Positions 1-33,000 of a stretch of DNA of 64,000 nucleotides are shown here, piece by piece. Position numbers and translations under genes: made by a program. Under the pieces are notes generated by a model. It had not been told where the DNA came from and did no database searches. It saw nothing but the letters and a program-made list of their open reading frames with translations. How positions within the stretch are numbered: the stretch's first letter is position 1; each line of letters begins with the position of its first letter. The DNA comes from Priapulus caudatus. Lineage: Eukaryota. The stretch spans positions 391,773-455,772 of the forward strand of contig NW_014577078.1 of the NCBI RefSeq assembly GCF_000485595.1. Direction: 5' to 3'.

Positions 1-447
1 AGATGTGAACTACCTGCTCTGAATAGCCTTTATGACCCTTGCAAAAAAAAAATTCCCGTAACCGCCTAAACTTTTATGGAAATCTATATTTTGGTCACCA
101 CTTTTCTCGAGGAAAAATAGCAGTTTTATTATTAATTTCGATCCCTGTGTCTGTGTATCCATACGCCATATCTGTGTCTGCATATGTATTTGTATGCGTG
201 CATGTGTGATGCGTAAATTCAGCTCTATGGAATTTTCCAAAATATTGAGCAAGGTTGTGTTAAAATAAAGTGGCATGTTCAGTCACAATGAATGAATCTC
301 GTGTAACAGAAATGCAGCCAGCAGCCAGCACGTTGTGCGGGCCATGTTTTATGAGCTTAATGTTGCTGCTGCTACATCAGATAGTTTGACTTACACGAAC
401 TGTTTGTGAAATCTGTCTTCCTACACACTACCCCCCCTCCGTCCAGT

Positions 448-564
448 ATGATTTCAATAACTGTTCACAGGGCCCTCAGCTGCTACAGTGAGCTGTACAA
501 AGAGAAGATCTACCATAAACAGCGACCAACTTTAGATAAATTTTGGCTTCAAAGTCAAGCATGA
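448..564 (+). pseudogene. Possible pogo/Tigger transposase C-terminal remnant in the last YAP intron
   Basis: Reads MISITVHRALSCYSELYKEKIYHKQRPTLDKFWLQSQA*, resembling the CYxELYxEK...TLDxF tail of Tigger-type transposases. Recognised by eye only; no TIR found. Confidence 0.3.
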
Positions 565-1204
565 AGTACTCAAACCTGAATATGACAGTGATAACAAATG
601 CGAGCTAGCTTGTAATTGTGCCCATGCAACGATCCTATTTTTGAATTCCCTTTCCCTCACTATTATCACGATACTGAGGTAATTCATAAAATATTCAATA
701 TATGCATTCAAAATTGAAATGTTTTTAACATTCCTAATACTGTTCTTTTAGTACATCTTTTAACTGAAAGACTGTTCTCCAATTTATCTCCAATTGTAGC
801 ATAGTCAATGGGGAAATGTGATTCACATTATGGATTTACCATTATGAATGTTTTTACTTGAATATATTATGTATGTAATGGGGTGGGGGGGGTTATTACT
901 TATTACTGTAATTGTTCAGCTTGCTGACCGTCGTGCACTTGAGAATTGTGACAGTATGCAGGACAATAAACAGCCATTGGTGCCCAAACTAGGTTGTAAT
1001 CATCATACTCCAGAGAGAAATAGTTCCAAATTATAATGGTGAAAGCTTCTGTCACTAGTAATTATATCCATCCCAGAATGACCCATCCTGTCAATAGCCT
1101 GAGAAAGAACTGGCTCTAATGCTTGTGCTCTATGCAATAAATTAATTTCAATGTATATTCACATCATATAGCAAGTCTAGTGTTAGGAATCCAATGAGGA
1201 GGAG

Positions 1205-1207
<3 letters not shown>

Positions 1208-1247
<40 letters not shown>

Positions 1248-1360
1248 CCTCTCTCTCTTTATCTCTCCCTCACTCTCTCTCTCACTCATTACCCTCCTCC
1301 TCCTACCTCCCTCCTCCCTTCTCTCTCTCCCACTCTCCCTCTTGTCTCCCCTCTCCTCAG
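1208..1360. repeat. (CT)n / pyrimidine-rich microsatellite
   Basis: Visible CT run upstream of the YAP terminal-exon acceptor. Confidence 0.9.
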
Positions 1361-1439
1361 CAAATATCTGATAATATCTCCCCGTGTTTTGTGTGCTAAT
1401 ACACCATGTTTTTTACAACTCATTTTTTATGCATTTTAG

Positions 1440-1520
1440 GACATAAACTCTGACCTATTAGGAGATGTTGAGGCTGTTCTCAATAACAACAAAATTGACA
1501 ACCTTCTCACATGGTTGTGA
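1440..1520 (+). CDS. YAP1: Terminal coding exon of a YAP/TAZ/Yorkie transcriptional coactivator (upstream exons not found in window)
   Basis: After acceptor ttttag (AG 1438-1439) it reads DINSDLLGDVEAVLNNNKIDNLLTWL*. This matches the YAP C-terminus (SSDILNDMESVL...FLTWL), including the terminal PDZ-binding motif. Below the ORF-track cutoff. Confidence 0.8.
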   Translation, partial: DINSDLLGDVEAVLNNNKIDNLLTWL

Positions 1521-4500
1521 AGCGGATACGCTAGAAGATCCTGAAAGAATGCTCGCCTAGTAGTTCACCAGCTGCTACACCTGTCCAAACGACGATGTGA
1601 TGACTGCTGTAGCTATGATATCAACCAAGGTCATGCGTGCAGCCAGCAGGTTTAGTGATGTGGTGGTGGAAATTGGGACGCCGAGCATAGATCTGCGATC
1701 AACGCGACAATGACTTAATAATTCCAGAAATCGAAACTGATGCGAGAGAATGTACAGAGAATATTCCATGAAGGTGGGGTTCTTGCCAATTGTTGAGAGT
1801 TGTGTGTCTTCGCCACTCTAGGGATTCGGGTGGGGTGGGGTACATTGCAGTGAGGTTGCAATGAACAACATGTGTATATTTACAAGATGTCGCAGTGCTC
1901 AGTAGCAGCTGAGCTACATGCAAGTGAGTGAGTGAGTGAGTGAGTGAGTGAATGAGTGAATGAATGAAGAGTGTATGAGTGTGTGAATGAGCGACTGGGT
2001 GGATGCGTTGTTTGATAAAGGTGTAAGTAAGCAAGTGACTAAGCAAGGAGTGTGCTTGCTTGGTCCTAGTGGTTGTTTCAGTTTCCTGCATGCTCTCGTA
2101 CTTGTGACGTGCTGCCGGGCAGTGTTTTAGGGAGACACTGAGGTTGTAGCTGTTTTCTTTAGCAGTTTCATTTAGTAAGGACAGTTTCTTTCTCACAGAG
2201 AAACTATTTTAAGTACACTGTGCTAGGTAATGTGAGTAGTAGGTAAACGCAGTAATGATCAATTATTTTCTAAGGTTTATAATTTTTTAAATTTATACAA
2301 AACACTCGTCTATCAGATTGACATATATTTTATAAAAAATATCAAAAAAAAATTTAAAAATCAAATTTTAAATAATAATGGGCCCAGGCCGTTGTTTTAT
2401 ACGTTGTTTTGTCAATAGTTGGCCCGTATCATATTTTTTGCTGTTATGCAAATATGGCAAAGAAGCACCACTCACTAATCCCTGACATAGAGAGAGGGAG
2501 TGGGTCCTCAAAGGTGATACTAATGCTTATGATAACTAGTCGGGTCATTAGTTATATCAGGTGAGGCTCTCCCTCTGCTCTAGAGGAACAGGTAGGTGCC
2601 AAGCCCACAGCCACAGCAGAGGTTGTGAGATACATGAAATTGCCATGAATATTATATTATTTTTGTACAGAGGTAAGTTGAAAATGGAAGTAGTGGAGAG
2701 GGCGTCTGTTTTATGGAGAGTGGGAAGGTGGCAACGTTTTCGCAAGTGCTGATAGTAGCGTCAGATGGTAATTCCTTTGGCTTTCCTGACATGAGAATCT
2801 GTACTGAGACTTTTCAGCGAGGTGGTGGAGAGGCAGGGTGCGTGCACACACACGTACTGGGTAGCACTCGTTCGACCCTCGGGAGAGGAAGAATGCACTA
2901 GCAGGTGGTGACACTGACACCACGGTTGGGCCGCCACAGCACCTCTATGAGCAGCCGTGGCTCATGTCGGGTATACAGGCGTGAAGCCAGGTTACTGCTC
3001 GTTGTGCAGTGCGAGCCAGTTGTGGAAGTCGGCGCAGGTGACATCACTTGCTGTGTTTGGGGCTGCGTTGCACCGTGGTGACATTACTACGGATAGGGCT
3101 CTGTTCCCTGCCCTGGTTGTAGGGAAAAGTAATAGCAAAGAGTGTCGATTTTTTTCCCATGAAAGACTATCAGAGCAAACAGAGTGCAAGTTTACATAGT
3201 TGTACCAATACCCAGTCTGCTGTCATGCTAGCAGCGTGTGGCGAGACCTCGCTCATCTATATTCAAGCAAGGTGCTTTTTGAGTGGCACTTGAATTCATT
3301 TGCACAAGGTTTCGTATCTCTCTTAGGCTGTTAGTTTTTGACTAAGAGATGACAACACGTGGAAGGTTGCTGCAAGCACACCGATCTAGGTCTCGCCTGC
3401 CCTGTTAGTGTAAACAACTGTTACCTGGTTTTGTTCTGGTAATGATCTGGTGGTGTATTGTGGCCAGACGTGCTGAGAGTGTACAGATTCCATCAATTTG
3501 TTCCTGCAGTGCCATCTACCTTGAATTGGAGAGGACATTTTTCTCTTTGTGTGCTACCATAGTGCTAGCGCTTGGTAAGCTAGAACGGTATTTCATGCAC
3601 CAGGATATAACAGATGTAATTGGTTCCTGTGCACTTTCAGCATTATTCACATTCACCCGAAATGTTTTAATTCGCGATTTGAGATAACGATATTAACGAA
3701 CTTGTAAACTAGTGTGCAACTGCCCTTCCTTACATTGGACAATTTGACGAGAGTATTGATTTTAGAGTAATAATGTGGTAGTGATTAATATGTATAAACC
3801 ATATTTGAGTGCTACTGTTAACTGTTTAGTCAAACGGACTGAATAACAGTGGTACTTGTATGGAATTCCAGTTGATGGAAACGTACATGTATTAGACAGT
3901 TTAAGCATCAAAATATTTTTGTTTTCTAGTAGGATGTGTATTTGTGGACACAGCCTCCTTCTATATGTCGCAAGTTGAGGCTGAAAGGTCATTTACAATC
4001 TCTTGAATCAAGTTGAGTAATGCAAATTATGTTTGTGGAAGGGCAGTTGCATGTTTGTCTGAAGTCGCACTTGGTCCGACCAATGTCCGTGATGCAGGTA
4101 TGCAACTTTGAAGATGTACGATTGGGTGATGCATCGCTTGCTAACCTGCATGTCGGCGTTGATGTTGCATTTTTTGTTGTTGGTTTCTAGCAGGTAAACA
4201 GAGGGAAACCCAGCAAGAAAGCCTTTTTGAGGTGGTTTATCTGGCTCTCACTGGATGAACAATAGAATCACCCCCTTGTGTTGCAAACTTTGTGCCTAGT
4301 TTTAGGTATGCAGTTACTAACCATAATGACTCGGTAGCTACCGCTGAATACCCAGGTTGACCGACTAATGTTCATCTTGCTTCTTAGGCATGTCTCTCTT
4401 CTTAACTCTTATTTATACAACAGCAATTTAGCAAAATAGCATGATTACCAATATTACTATGCGCTTATTTAAAGCCATTCTAACCACAAACCTCTGGTGG

Positions 4501-6549
4501 GATTTTAAGCTGATTTGCCTCGGTGCAGAGGCTTTTAATTCTTGCTTGCTGATAAAGGTACGGTGTTACGTTCTACAGTGAGCTTGGTGTTTTTAACATA
4601 GAGTTGCTGGTAAACAAAGTGTAATACGATGATAAACTGTTCTTTAGAAAATTCACTTGGCATTATAGCTGACTCTACTCTTTTTGCAGTTGAATGTGTT
4701 TGCATCGAGTATTGCTATTCATCAACTTTGCCTGCATACAGAATAGAGCTGTTGTGATATTGTTTTTAACAGACAATTTTAATGTTGAATTTTACTGAAA
4801 CTATCACACTTTTGTGAGGGTGATTTATATTTTGGCAGCTATAGCTCCAGCTACATGTAAATGCAATGAAGTGGTTGTGCTATAAGGTGGTGAAAACCGT
4901 TGTTCGCTGGTTAATTTAATGTATCACTCGCATACACACCGGTGGTTTTGTCAAAGCACTTTTACACTGATTATTGCTGTGACCTCGTTTTTACTTTTGT
5001 TCATAAATCCTACACATTTGTCTTGGTAAGAAACGACTGGATTGATGTCACAATAGACATTTTTTTAAATACAGTGACAAAATTTGAGCTAATCTGATCA
5101 AATTGAATCCAATGAGTAATATATACTACTGCTGCTGGTGGTTATGCTGGGGTGTTACTGCATGCTGAAGCTACACACAAACTGCATATCTAAGAGGGGT
5201 TAAGCCCCAACTGGCTGATTACACTCATGAACTTACAATGCAGGTTTAAAGACGCAGGTCAAACGAATACTGCAGTATTGCGTTTTATTGGATGAGACCT
5301 TTGAGATGTGCTTACACATTACCGACCTGCATTAGTTGTGTTATCTTGTCGCAGTGTGGTGCACTGTGACATGGAGGCGTTTTAATTGCTCGTTTTGTTT
5401 AATTTCATTTTTGGCTATATTCAGATTAAGGTTTTATAACGAGGATAAGAGCAATGGGATCTTGCTTCGCAGGGACTCACTTTCAAACGCGTATGGTTTG
5501 GTTATTGAAACTTGCACTGCAAAATTTACATTTTGCACATATATAAATAAGGTTGTAAACCCCCTTAAGAATTTCGTCAGAATTCGGTGTTCATTCATAG
5601 AAGATTGTAGCCAGCCATCCCTTGATTCTTAGTAACGATAGATCATTGCTCCTCACCTATACGTTGACGGTGACGATGCTACTTCTGTGCAATTTTTGTT
5701 GATCAGAACGAACTATTGATTAATGACGCGGGACATGTAATGAAGTGGTAAGGAATGAAAGCAATTGTGCACGACTTTCCTACTTGTTGGTGTGACTGTG
5801 CAAGCGATCTTACTAAATCCGGAGATCTGTGAGAGAAAAGCCAATTGAAAGCCAGCTTACCTGGCAGCTTAACTCAAAAATCTTTAAAAAAAATGTGCAT
5901 CTTGTTATTGTAATGATTGTTTCATTTTATGGGAATGTGCACATAGGGCCAGTGCATATATGTAAGCTGGCATTAGTGGTTTTTCACATAATACGAATTT
6001 AAAAGAGATATAATATTTTTATGTTGTGGTTGGGTGTTAAGCTGTGGGTTCATGGTTAGCATGGTTACTAATGTACAGGTGTGAGTTGCTTGGTGAGACA
6101 GTGCTGCAATACTGCATGTAAAAAAAATTGTAACGTGTTTATGTAGTCCAAACCACCATCGTCTGTTTTCCTTTTGTTTGCAGCTTGCAATTTTGTTTAC
6201 AACTGGGTGATTCTACCTCTTGAGTAAATGTTCATTAAATCTAAATGCTAGTAGCAACCAGGTGTAACCTTCACGTACGGCACTCATTCAAATTTTAAAC
6301 GCTGATACAGATATGATGGACAATGATCAGCATTTCCCCACGTGCCGTATGTTACGAGTTACTCCCGGTGAAAACTGTTATTTGCTTTTAGGCAAGTTTT
6401 CGTCAGACTATGCACTAACATTAGATGGGATGATTTATAGTATTCGTGGCTTAGTTTCTGAGTACCAATTTGGCCAAATAGCACAGAAATTATGATGGAA
6501 TACAATCAGCCATCTTTGCATGTAATATATTATGTATATATATATATTC

Positions 6550-6591
<42 letters not shown>

Positions 6592-6760
6592 TATATATAT
6601 ATACTCGTACGTATGCACGCGCGTAGGGGTTAAACAGGCGTGTGAGAGTAAATTATATACGTTCGTAGGCCCAGTTAAATCGATCATGTAACAGTTTGGA
6701 TTTATTTTGAGTTTATGTAGACAGCCATAAAATAAAGACAATTGAACTATGACATGAATA
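1521..6760 (+). other. Probable long 3'UTR of the YAP homolog
   Basis: No credible ORF or recognisable TE. U-rich. Candidate AATAAA at 6731-6736 (another at 6972-6977). The 3' end is inferred. Confidence 0.5.
6525..6603. repeat. (TA)n microsatellite
   Basis: Visible TA run. Confidence 0.9.
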
Positions 6761-7940
6761 CAGCACCACCTGGTGTCAATGTATCAACGCCAGGTGTGTT
6801 GGATGAGTAACTGTAATATGTGATCCCAAGTTAGATCTGTCATGTATATAACTCCATTTTAGCAACTTTTATATCCTTGATTACATATAAGATTTCTTCT
6901 ATTGTGATTTTCATAAAACATTAATTTTTGTAACGTTACACCTGTAGGAGGTGACCGAGTTAAAACCTGTAAATAAAACAAAAATTAAAAACTCAGACTG
7001 TAGTCTACATGTATGGTTGCATAGTTAGTTTATTTCTGTCATGACAAAAAACAGTCCAACAGATAAATCGATAATAATTAATGTTAATTGTCATTATACA
7101 TGGAGATTTTCCTGATCAACAATGTAAAGCTGGCTACTAAACAACAGTACCATTTGGAACTGCCATGGTAAACTAACTGTAGGGAGCACCTTCCTTGCCT
7201 GTTAAAGTTTAACAGCAGTTTCCTTGCCTGTTAAAGTAGGTTTGCTGCTGGTCTTTTGATTATATTAACATTCCTCTACATGTTATGCCATGACAGATGG
7301 CAGCACTTGCCATATACAGAGGCACGCATGTTCTACTGAATATTAGAAGTACTTGTCACATACTCTATTAGTTCTGTATCTAATTGCGTATCCGTAGTAG
7401 GACATTACGACAATATGTGACTAGTTAGACAACATGTGGCACATGCACACTGAAATCCTGTCAATTTATAATCTAGAGGCAGCATTGCTGTTTTACTGCT
7501 TTGTGCCACGACCACTTAAACCCCAAACGAAATTTCCACTATAATGATAGCCTTGCGTGCACACGTACGAACAACAAAATAAATGGCTCCGAGTGATCAA
7601 TGCTGAATCTATTTGCAAGTGAGTTATCTACATATTAACATATCAAATTAGCATCAAGACAGGAAACATCTGAAAGCTGTAGCATCGTGTCTCCTCTAAA
7701 ACAAGTCGTCTAGTATGCAATCCAATTCTGAAATTTACATTCCACTCTGATAACCTATGGAGATACCTCAAAGAATGGACGTTTCTGGCCGTTTCACTGA
7801 AGCCACAGTGAAGTTATACATGCTCAAACCCAATGAGAATAATCTATTATTAACCTGCAACTCGATGTATGGCATTGTACCGAGTATGATAATCACTATT
7901 TCACATGTAATGCTCTTAAGTCATCTCTAATCGTTGACCT

Positions 7941-26960
<19,020 letters not shown>

Positions 26961-27190
26961 TTCGACCTCCGCACTGCAATCGCAAACGTTTGGCTATGGA
27001 TAATGGTTTGAGCCAAGGAGGTTTGAGCTATGCCAGGTTTGAGCAAGTTACGAATGGGAGTCCTATCCACTCTCGCAACACAGATATTATGGGTGAATGT
27101 GTCAGTATCTACCGCACAGTCTACAGTAACAGTCTACGTTAAATACGTTTTAGAGTATTATAATACCTACGGTACTAATATATATTTTAC

Positions 27191-27231
27191 CAGGAATTAA
27201 TGAGTCTCATTGTTTGTCTCATTAACTCCTG
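27191..27231. mobile_element. 41-bp CAGGA-terminated inverted-repeat element with 7-bp TSD (P-element-like footprint)
   Basis: CAGGAATTAATGAG...CTCATTAACTCCTG flanked by ATTTTAC on both sides. Confidence 0.65.
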
Positions 27232-27384
27232 ATTTTACGGTTACACACAACGTGACAACATACATACAATGTGCGCATATGAATTATTTCTACCGATAGA
27301 TGGCGCGAGGATGTCATATTTGACAAGATATTGCCGACGATATCTCCTCTGGGCGCGATCTTTGGCGCGAACTGCGTGTGTATG

Positions 27385-27539
27385 CAGGGGCGTGTACAGG
27401 ATTTGTACCAGTGGGGGTAAAACCGTAACAGAAACTTGCAAGCACACGAAGGGGGGGGGCAAATTTTGAAATTAGACCTCCTTAGATGCGTTTTCTGCGC
27501 GAGCAGGGGGGGGGGGCGACCCCCCTGTACACGCCCCTG
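27385..27539. mobile_element. 155-bp MITE with CAGGGGCG termini and 5-bp TSD
   Basis: CAGGGGCGTGTACAGG / CCTGTACACGCCCCTG; TSD GTATG. Confidence 0.8.
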
Positions 27540-28120
27540 GTATGCACACCAGTTTGCGAGATAAATGTATTTATCATGTAGTGCAGGGGGTAGCGGAGTA
27601 TATTATAGATTAGCCTGTGCGCGGGCTACACTTTTTTTTGGCCAAGTTTATTTTTTTTTGTTAAGCACCATAATTAATCGCATAAGCTTGCTATGAGCGA
27701 GTTTAGCGTGCAGACAGAAAAAACTATGAAATGAACGTGCAGAATATGGCTAATTAGGTGCGGTTATTGCTTCTGTCATCTAGGCTGTCATTTCTATCGC
27801 GGTGAGCTTCATCTTTATAATTACTCTAGGCCGAAAAGATAGGATCGCGGATCTTTGTCAGATTTTTTATCATTTTACCTCCGTCTTCGGTGACAGACTA
27901 TTTTTCAGTCGTTGTTTTTTTGGGGTTTAAAAGTGATATTGATGAGGGTGGTATCAAGTTAGCAAGAGGGCAGGAAGAGATGGAACACTCGGGAGGGCGT
28001 TTCGGCCATCTGGGGGGGTTTGTAAACCAAAGATTTTCTGTACGCCCGCGCCCCCGATGGTGGCGCTCGTCAATATTTGGGTGGGCGTAGAAACTTTGAA
28101 AGTGCTTGGGGTACGCCACT

Positions 28121-29271
<1,151 letters not shown>

Positions 29272-29730
29272 TGCACTCACACACGCGCGGGCGCGTGCGC
29301 GCGCGCTTACACCCTACTATAACCGAAGCTAGCTGCCTACCTATATGTTGCGGGTATATCAGGAGTAGATAATATGGAATTATTATCTACTATATATCCC
29401 TATTATCTACTCCTGATATATACCTGTTCAAATTCTGGTGATTGAATATAAATAAATAAAATAATAAAACACAGGCTTAATTTCTCCTTTGTAATTAAAT
29501 GTTATTAATATAATGTGTATTTGATATAATGATTTTAATATTTATAAAATAAAATGTTATCAGGATGACATTATGATATTACTACATGATCAACAATTAT
29601 TACATGTTTAATGATATTTGTCATTATTAACCCCTGATGTTATTAGGGGTTATTATGTGTTTGATATAGTGTTATTTATTTATTTTTTTACTGAGATCGA
29701 ACAATATATGCTCATATAGAACAATATAAT

Positions 29731-29834
29731 CAGGAGTGAATAATATAATAATTTGTATAGTAGAATAATAGTAGAATAATAGAATAATTTATAGTAGAAT
29801 AATAGAATAGATTATTTGTTATTATTCACTCCTG
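29731..29834. mobile_element. 104-bp CAGGAG-terminated inverted-repeat element with 7-bp TSD (P-element-like footprint)
   Basis: CAGGAGTGAATAATA...TATTATTCACTCCTG flanked by ATATAAT; a similar element at 29360-29415 lacks a clean TSD. Confidence 0.6.
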
Positions 29835-30036
29835 ATATAATGTATATATTGTTCTTAGATTATGATTATATCATAGACTAACAAAAACTATATATAGTTC
29901 GTTTATGATTAGCAAATTCAGAATGGCAAATTCAGTGGTCCAAATAATGCGATACAACGCCCCCTACAAACGCCTGCATCGGCAGGCGATCAAATGAGTT
30001 AGAAGTTCCATGTGGTTGCAGTTACATATGTCTGTG

Positions 30037-33000
30037 ATGAAACTGAAGAGGTTTTTGGTTCGATATTTCCCACCAGGTACGTGGTTTCTGACTTTTCGTT
30101 TAATAACGGCGATTTTGTGTCTAATACAAGCTATATACGGTGTTATTTTATTACCAGATTACGAGATTACTAGATTATTTGGGTGATTTATTATTGCAAT
30201 ATTGGGGAGAGGGTGGTTAGAGTCTCTAGCAACGACTCGTTGAACGAGCGGCAGCACATGGACCACATGCCGCATTGAATTTTCGGAGTGGCTGGAGGTA
30301 CGGCAGCCGTATCTCCAATTTACGATGCTGCAGGTACGGCAGTCCATTTGCGCATGCTTCGCTTTCCCACAAAATAATGCCGTTGGGAATTAATTCACGA
30401 TTTAAGAGTTTAGATGAGCTAGAAAACACTGATTAATAAAGTATTAAAGGTACCCTGCCTCGAAGTTTCAATCAGCAAACATAAAATAAGGCAAAAATTG
30501 ATTATTTTATATTTCCGATATATCGAACCATACCCAGGGTGCCCTCCGATAGTACCCTGGGGGACATAGACCCTATCTGCTATCAGCATAGCTGTGCTGA
30601 TATGTGACCTGCGTCAAATCTTGCCGCCATGATACAGAACCGCGGCGAAACACGTTTTTCGAGTTGTTTTTTCGTTGAGGGAATGTTAGCTTGATATACA
30701 TATTTTTACAGTTTTGGTTTCAAAGCTAACGTTCAGTTAAAGTGTAGTGAGTTATATTTACTTAGGTTTTTACAGTGGTTTATTACAAAAATTTACGTGG
30801 GAATCCATCTTTAAGTATTAAAATGAACATTATTCATTATTGTGCAAGCTAGCCTACACCAGTTGGTTGGTATTGATTGTCAGTTCAGATGCAAAAGATT
30901 GAAAGCAAAAGGTTATACACCATAGATTAATACGCCCCCGTAAATACACTTTCCTACTGGACATGCAATATGGCGGCACCTGACTCCGAACCCCATACCG
31001 CGCCCGCCTGTACTGTGTGTACTGGCGCATTGTATACAGCTGTTAACCCCCCCTCCACGCATATGCTAGTACGCTATAGGCGGCAGGAAAGTGTATTAAC
31101 TCATATCTCGCAAACGAGTTGTGTTATAATTCTAGAATTCTACATGTAAATGCTATAATCTCTGTGAATATTGAGTTTATTGATGCACGATTAGTCTAAT
31201 GAATCTGCAAATATGCATGCACTCATACGCTAATATACGCACCGCTATAGGCGGCAGGAAATATCTTGAGAACGAGTTGGGTTATAAATAATTATTCTAG
31301 AAATCTGGATACATATATATATAGACACATATCTTAGCTATAACCTCTGTGAATATTGAGTTTATTGACGCACGATTAGTCTAATGAATTTGCAAATATG
31401 TGCGTGCAGTATCGCCCATAGGCTAATATACGCACCGCTATAGGTGGCAGGAAAGTGTATTAACTCCCATATCTGGAGAACGAGTTGGGTTATAATTCTA
31501 TAATTCTACATGCATATAGACACATGTCTTAGCCATTTAAGCTCTGTGAATATATTGGGTACCTCCAGCCACGGCCTTGGATTTTTTGGTATCTCATAAA
31601 TAACATTTATTTCTTCGATCTAAATTAGTCTTTATATTCTTTCTTTTATCCCTTTGAAAAACGTATAAAAGGTCTGTTGACTCTTTTATTCGTATTTGAT
31701 ATAGGTTTTAAAACTTTTTTGGCCATGTACTTAAATTCTAACAATGGAGCGGATCCATGCCCATGCGGGTTATTCCCGGTTGGCCTACTCAGTACTCACA
31801 TTTCGTCTACGGCGATATTCCCATTTCGTCTATAGCAAAACTCCCAGTTGGTCTACACCAATTTCGCCTACTCCCAATTTGTCTACACTAAAAATCCACC
31901 CCATTCCCATTTTGTCTACCATCAGTTTGTCCACTAAATAATCATTTGTAAATATAATGTATGGTTTTGATTAGCATGTACATAGACTAGACGGAGTGGA
32001 ATCTACACTAATTTCTCCTGGTATTTGTTGTAATATATCAATACTACGACGAAATGGCACTATTAGTATTACCCATTCTGAGAGTAGACGAAATGGGAAT
32101 ATTGCCCGTTCTGAGAGTAGACGAAACGGGAGTAGGCCAACTGGGATGTTACCGCCCATGCCATGGAATGGATGGATGGATCCATGGATGTATGGATGGA
32201 TCAGAACATGGAACTTGATCCGATCATTGGATGTAGTCCGTGATGATTTTGGATATATATAGTAAAATTCGAATCTGTTCTTTTCAATTAACTTAGGCGA
32301 GTCTGCTTGTTTCTCTGTGATTTTGCTTTGCTGCCAGCTGGTATCCTATATTGTTTCAATGATCTTGGGTATATTCACGTACTACCAAGAACATCGGAGA
32401 ATAGTCAAAACAAGTTTTGTGTGTCTAACAACATTGGTATGGAATTGTATTCATTCGACGTCCGTTCAGATACAGGGTTTCTTATACATAAGAGGCACAG
32501 TGGCGCACCCGGACCGCCATTGTGAAAATGTTTCTGTATTTACCCGCCGTTGTCAAAATAGTGTCAACCCAAAAATAAATAGATCACCACGTGTTTCTGG
32601 CATAGTTAGAGTCCGTCTTAGTTGATATTTAGAGTTATTCTGGCATATTAATCCGCCTGCAGCATCTGCATGCGTGCCTACAACACGCATTTGATTCCAT
32701 CACATGCGTTTTTTCCCAAACTGGTCATTATCTCCTTTGTCTAATTTTCTCTTGAGCAGAAGAAAGGCTGAGATATTGCTGTGATAATTTTGTATCGTAG
32801 TGTATTGCCACTATTGGACGTTGGCGCCCGTTGGAAGATTGAATCGATCCATAAACCTAGTATTGTATTAATTGTAATGCCTGTATTTGATTATGATTTT
32901 TGTATTCAATGTATGTCGTGTCAAAAAACCGACGGTCCGTATTAAAGGACAATTGAAGTCAAATTTCATAACTTCTGTAACGTTTTTATACATAGAAATA

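Noticed and set aside
1699..2196. 165-aa minus-strand ORF
   Set aside because: Runs through a (GTGA)n repeat in the presumed YAP 3'UTR; no recognisable domain.
32496..32540. CACAGTG heptamer as an RSS/Transib end
   Set aside because: No nonamer at 12 or 23 bp and no matching opposite terminus.
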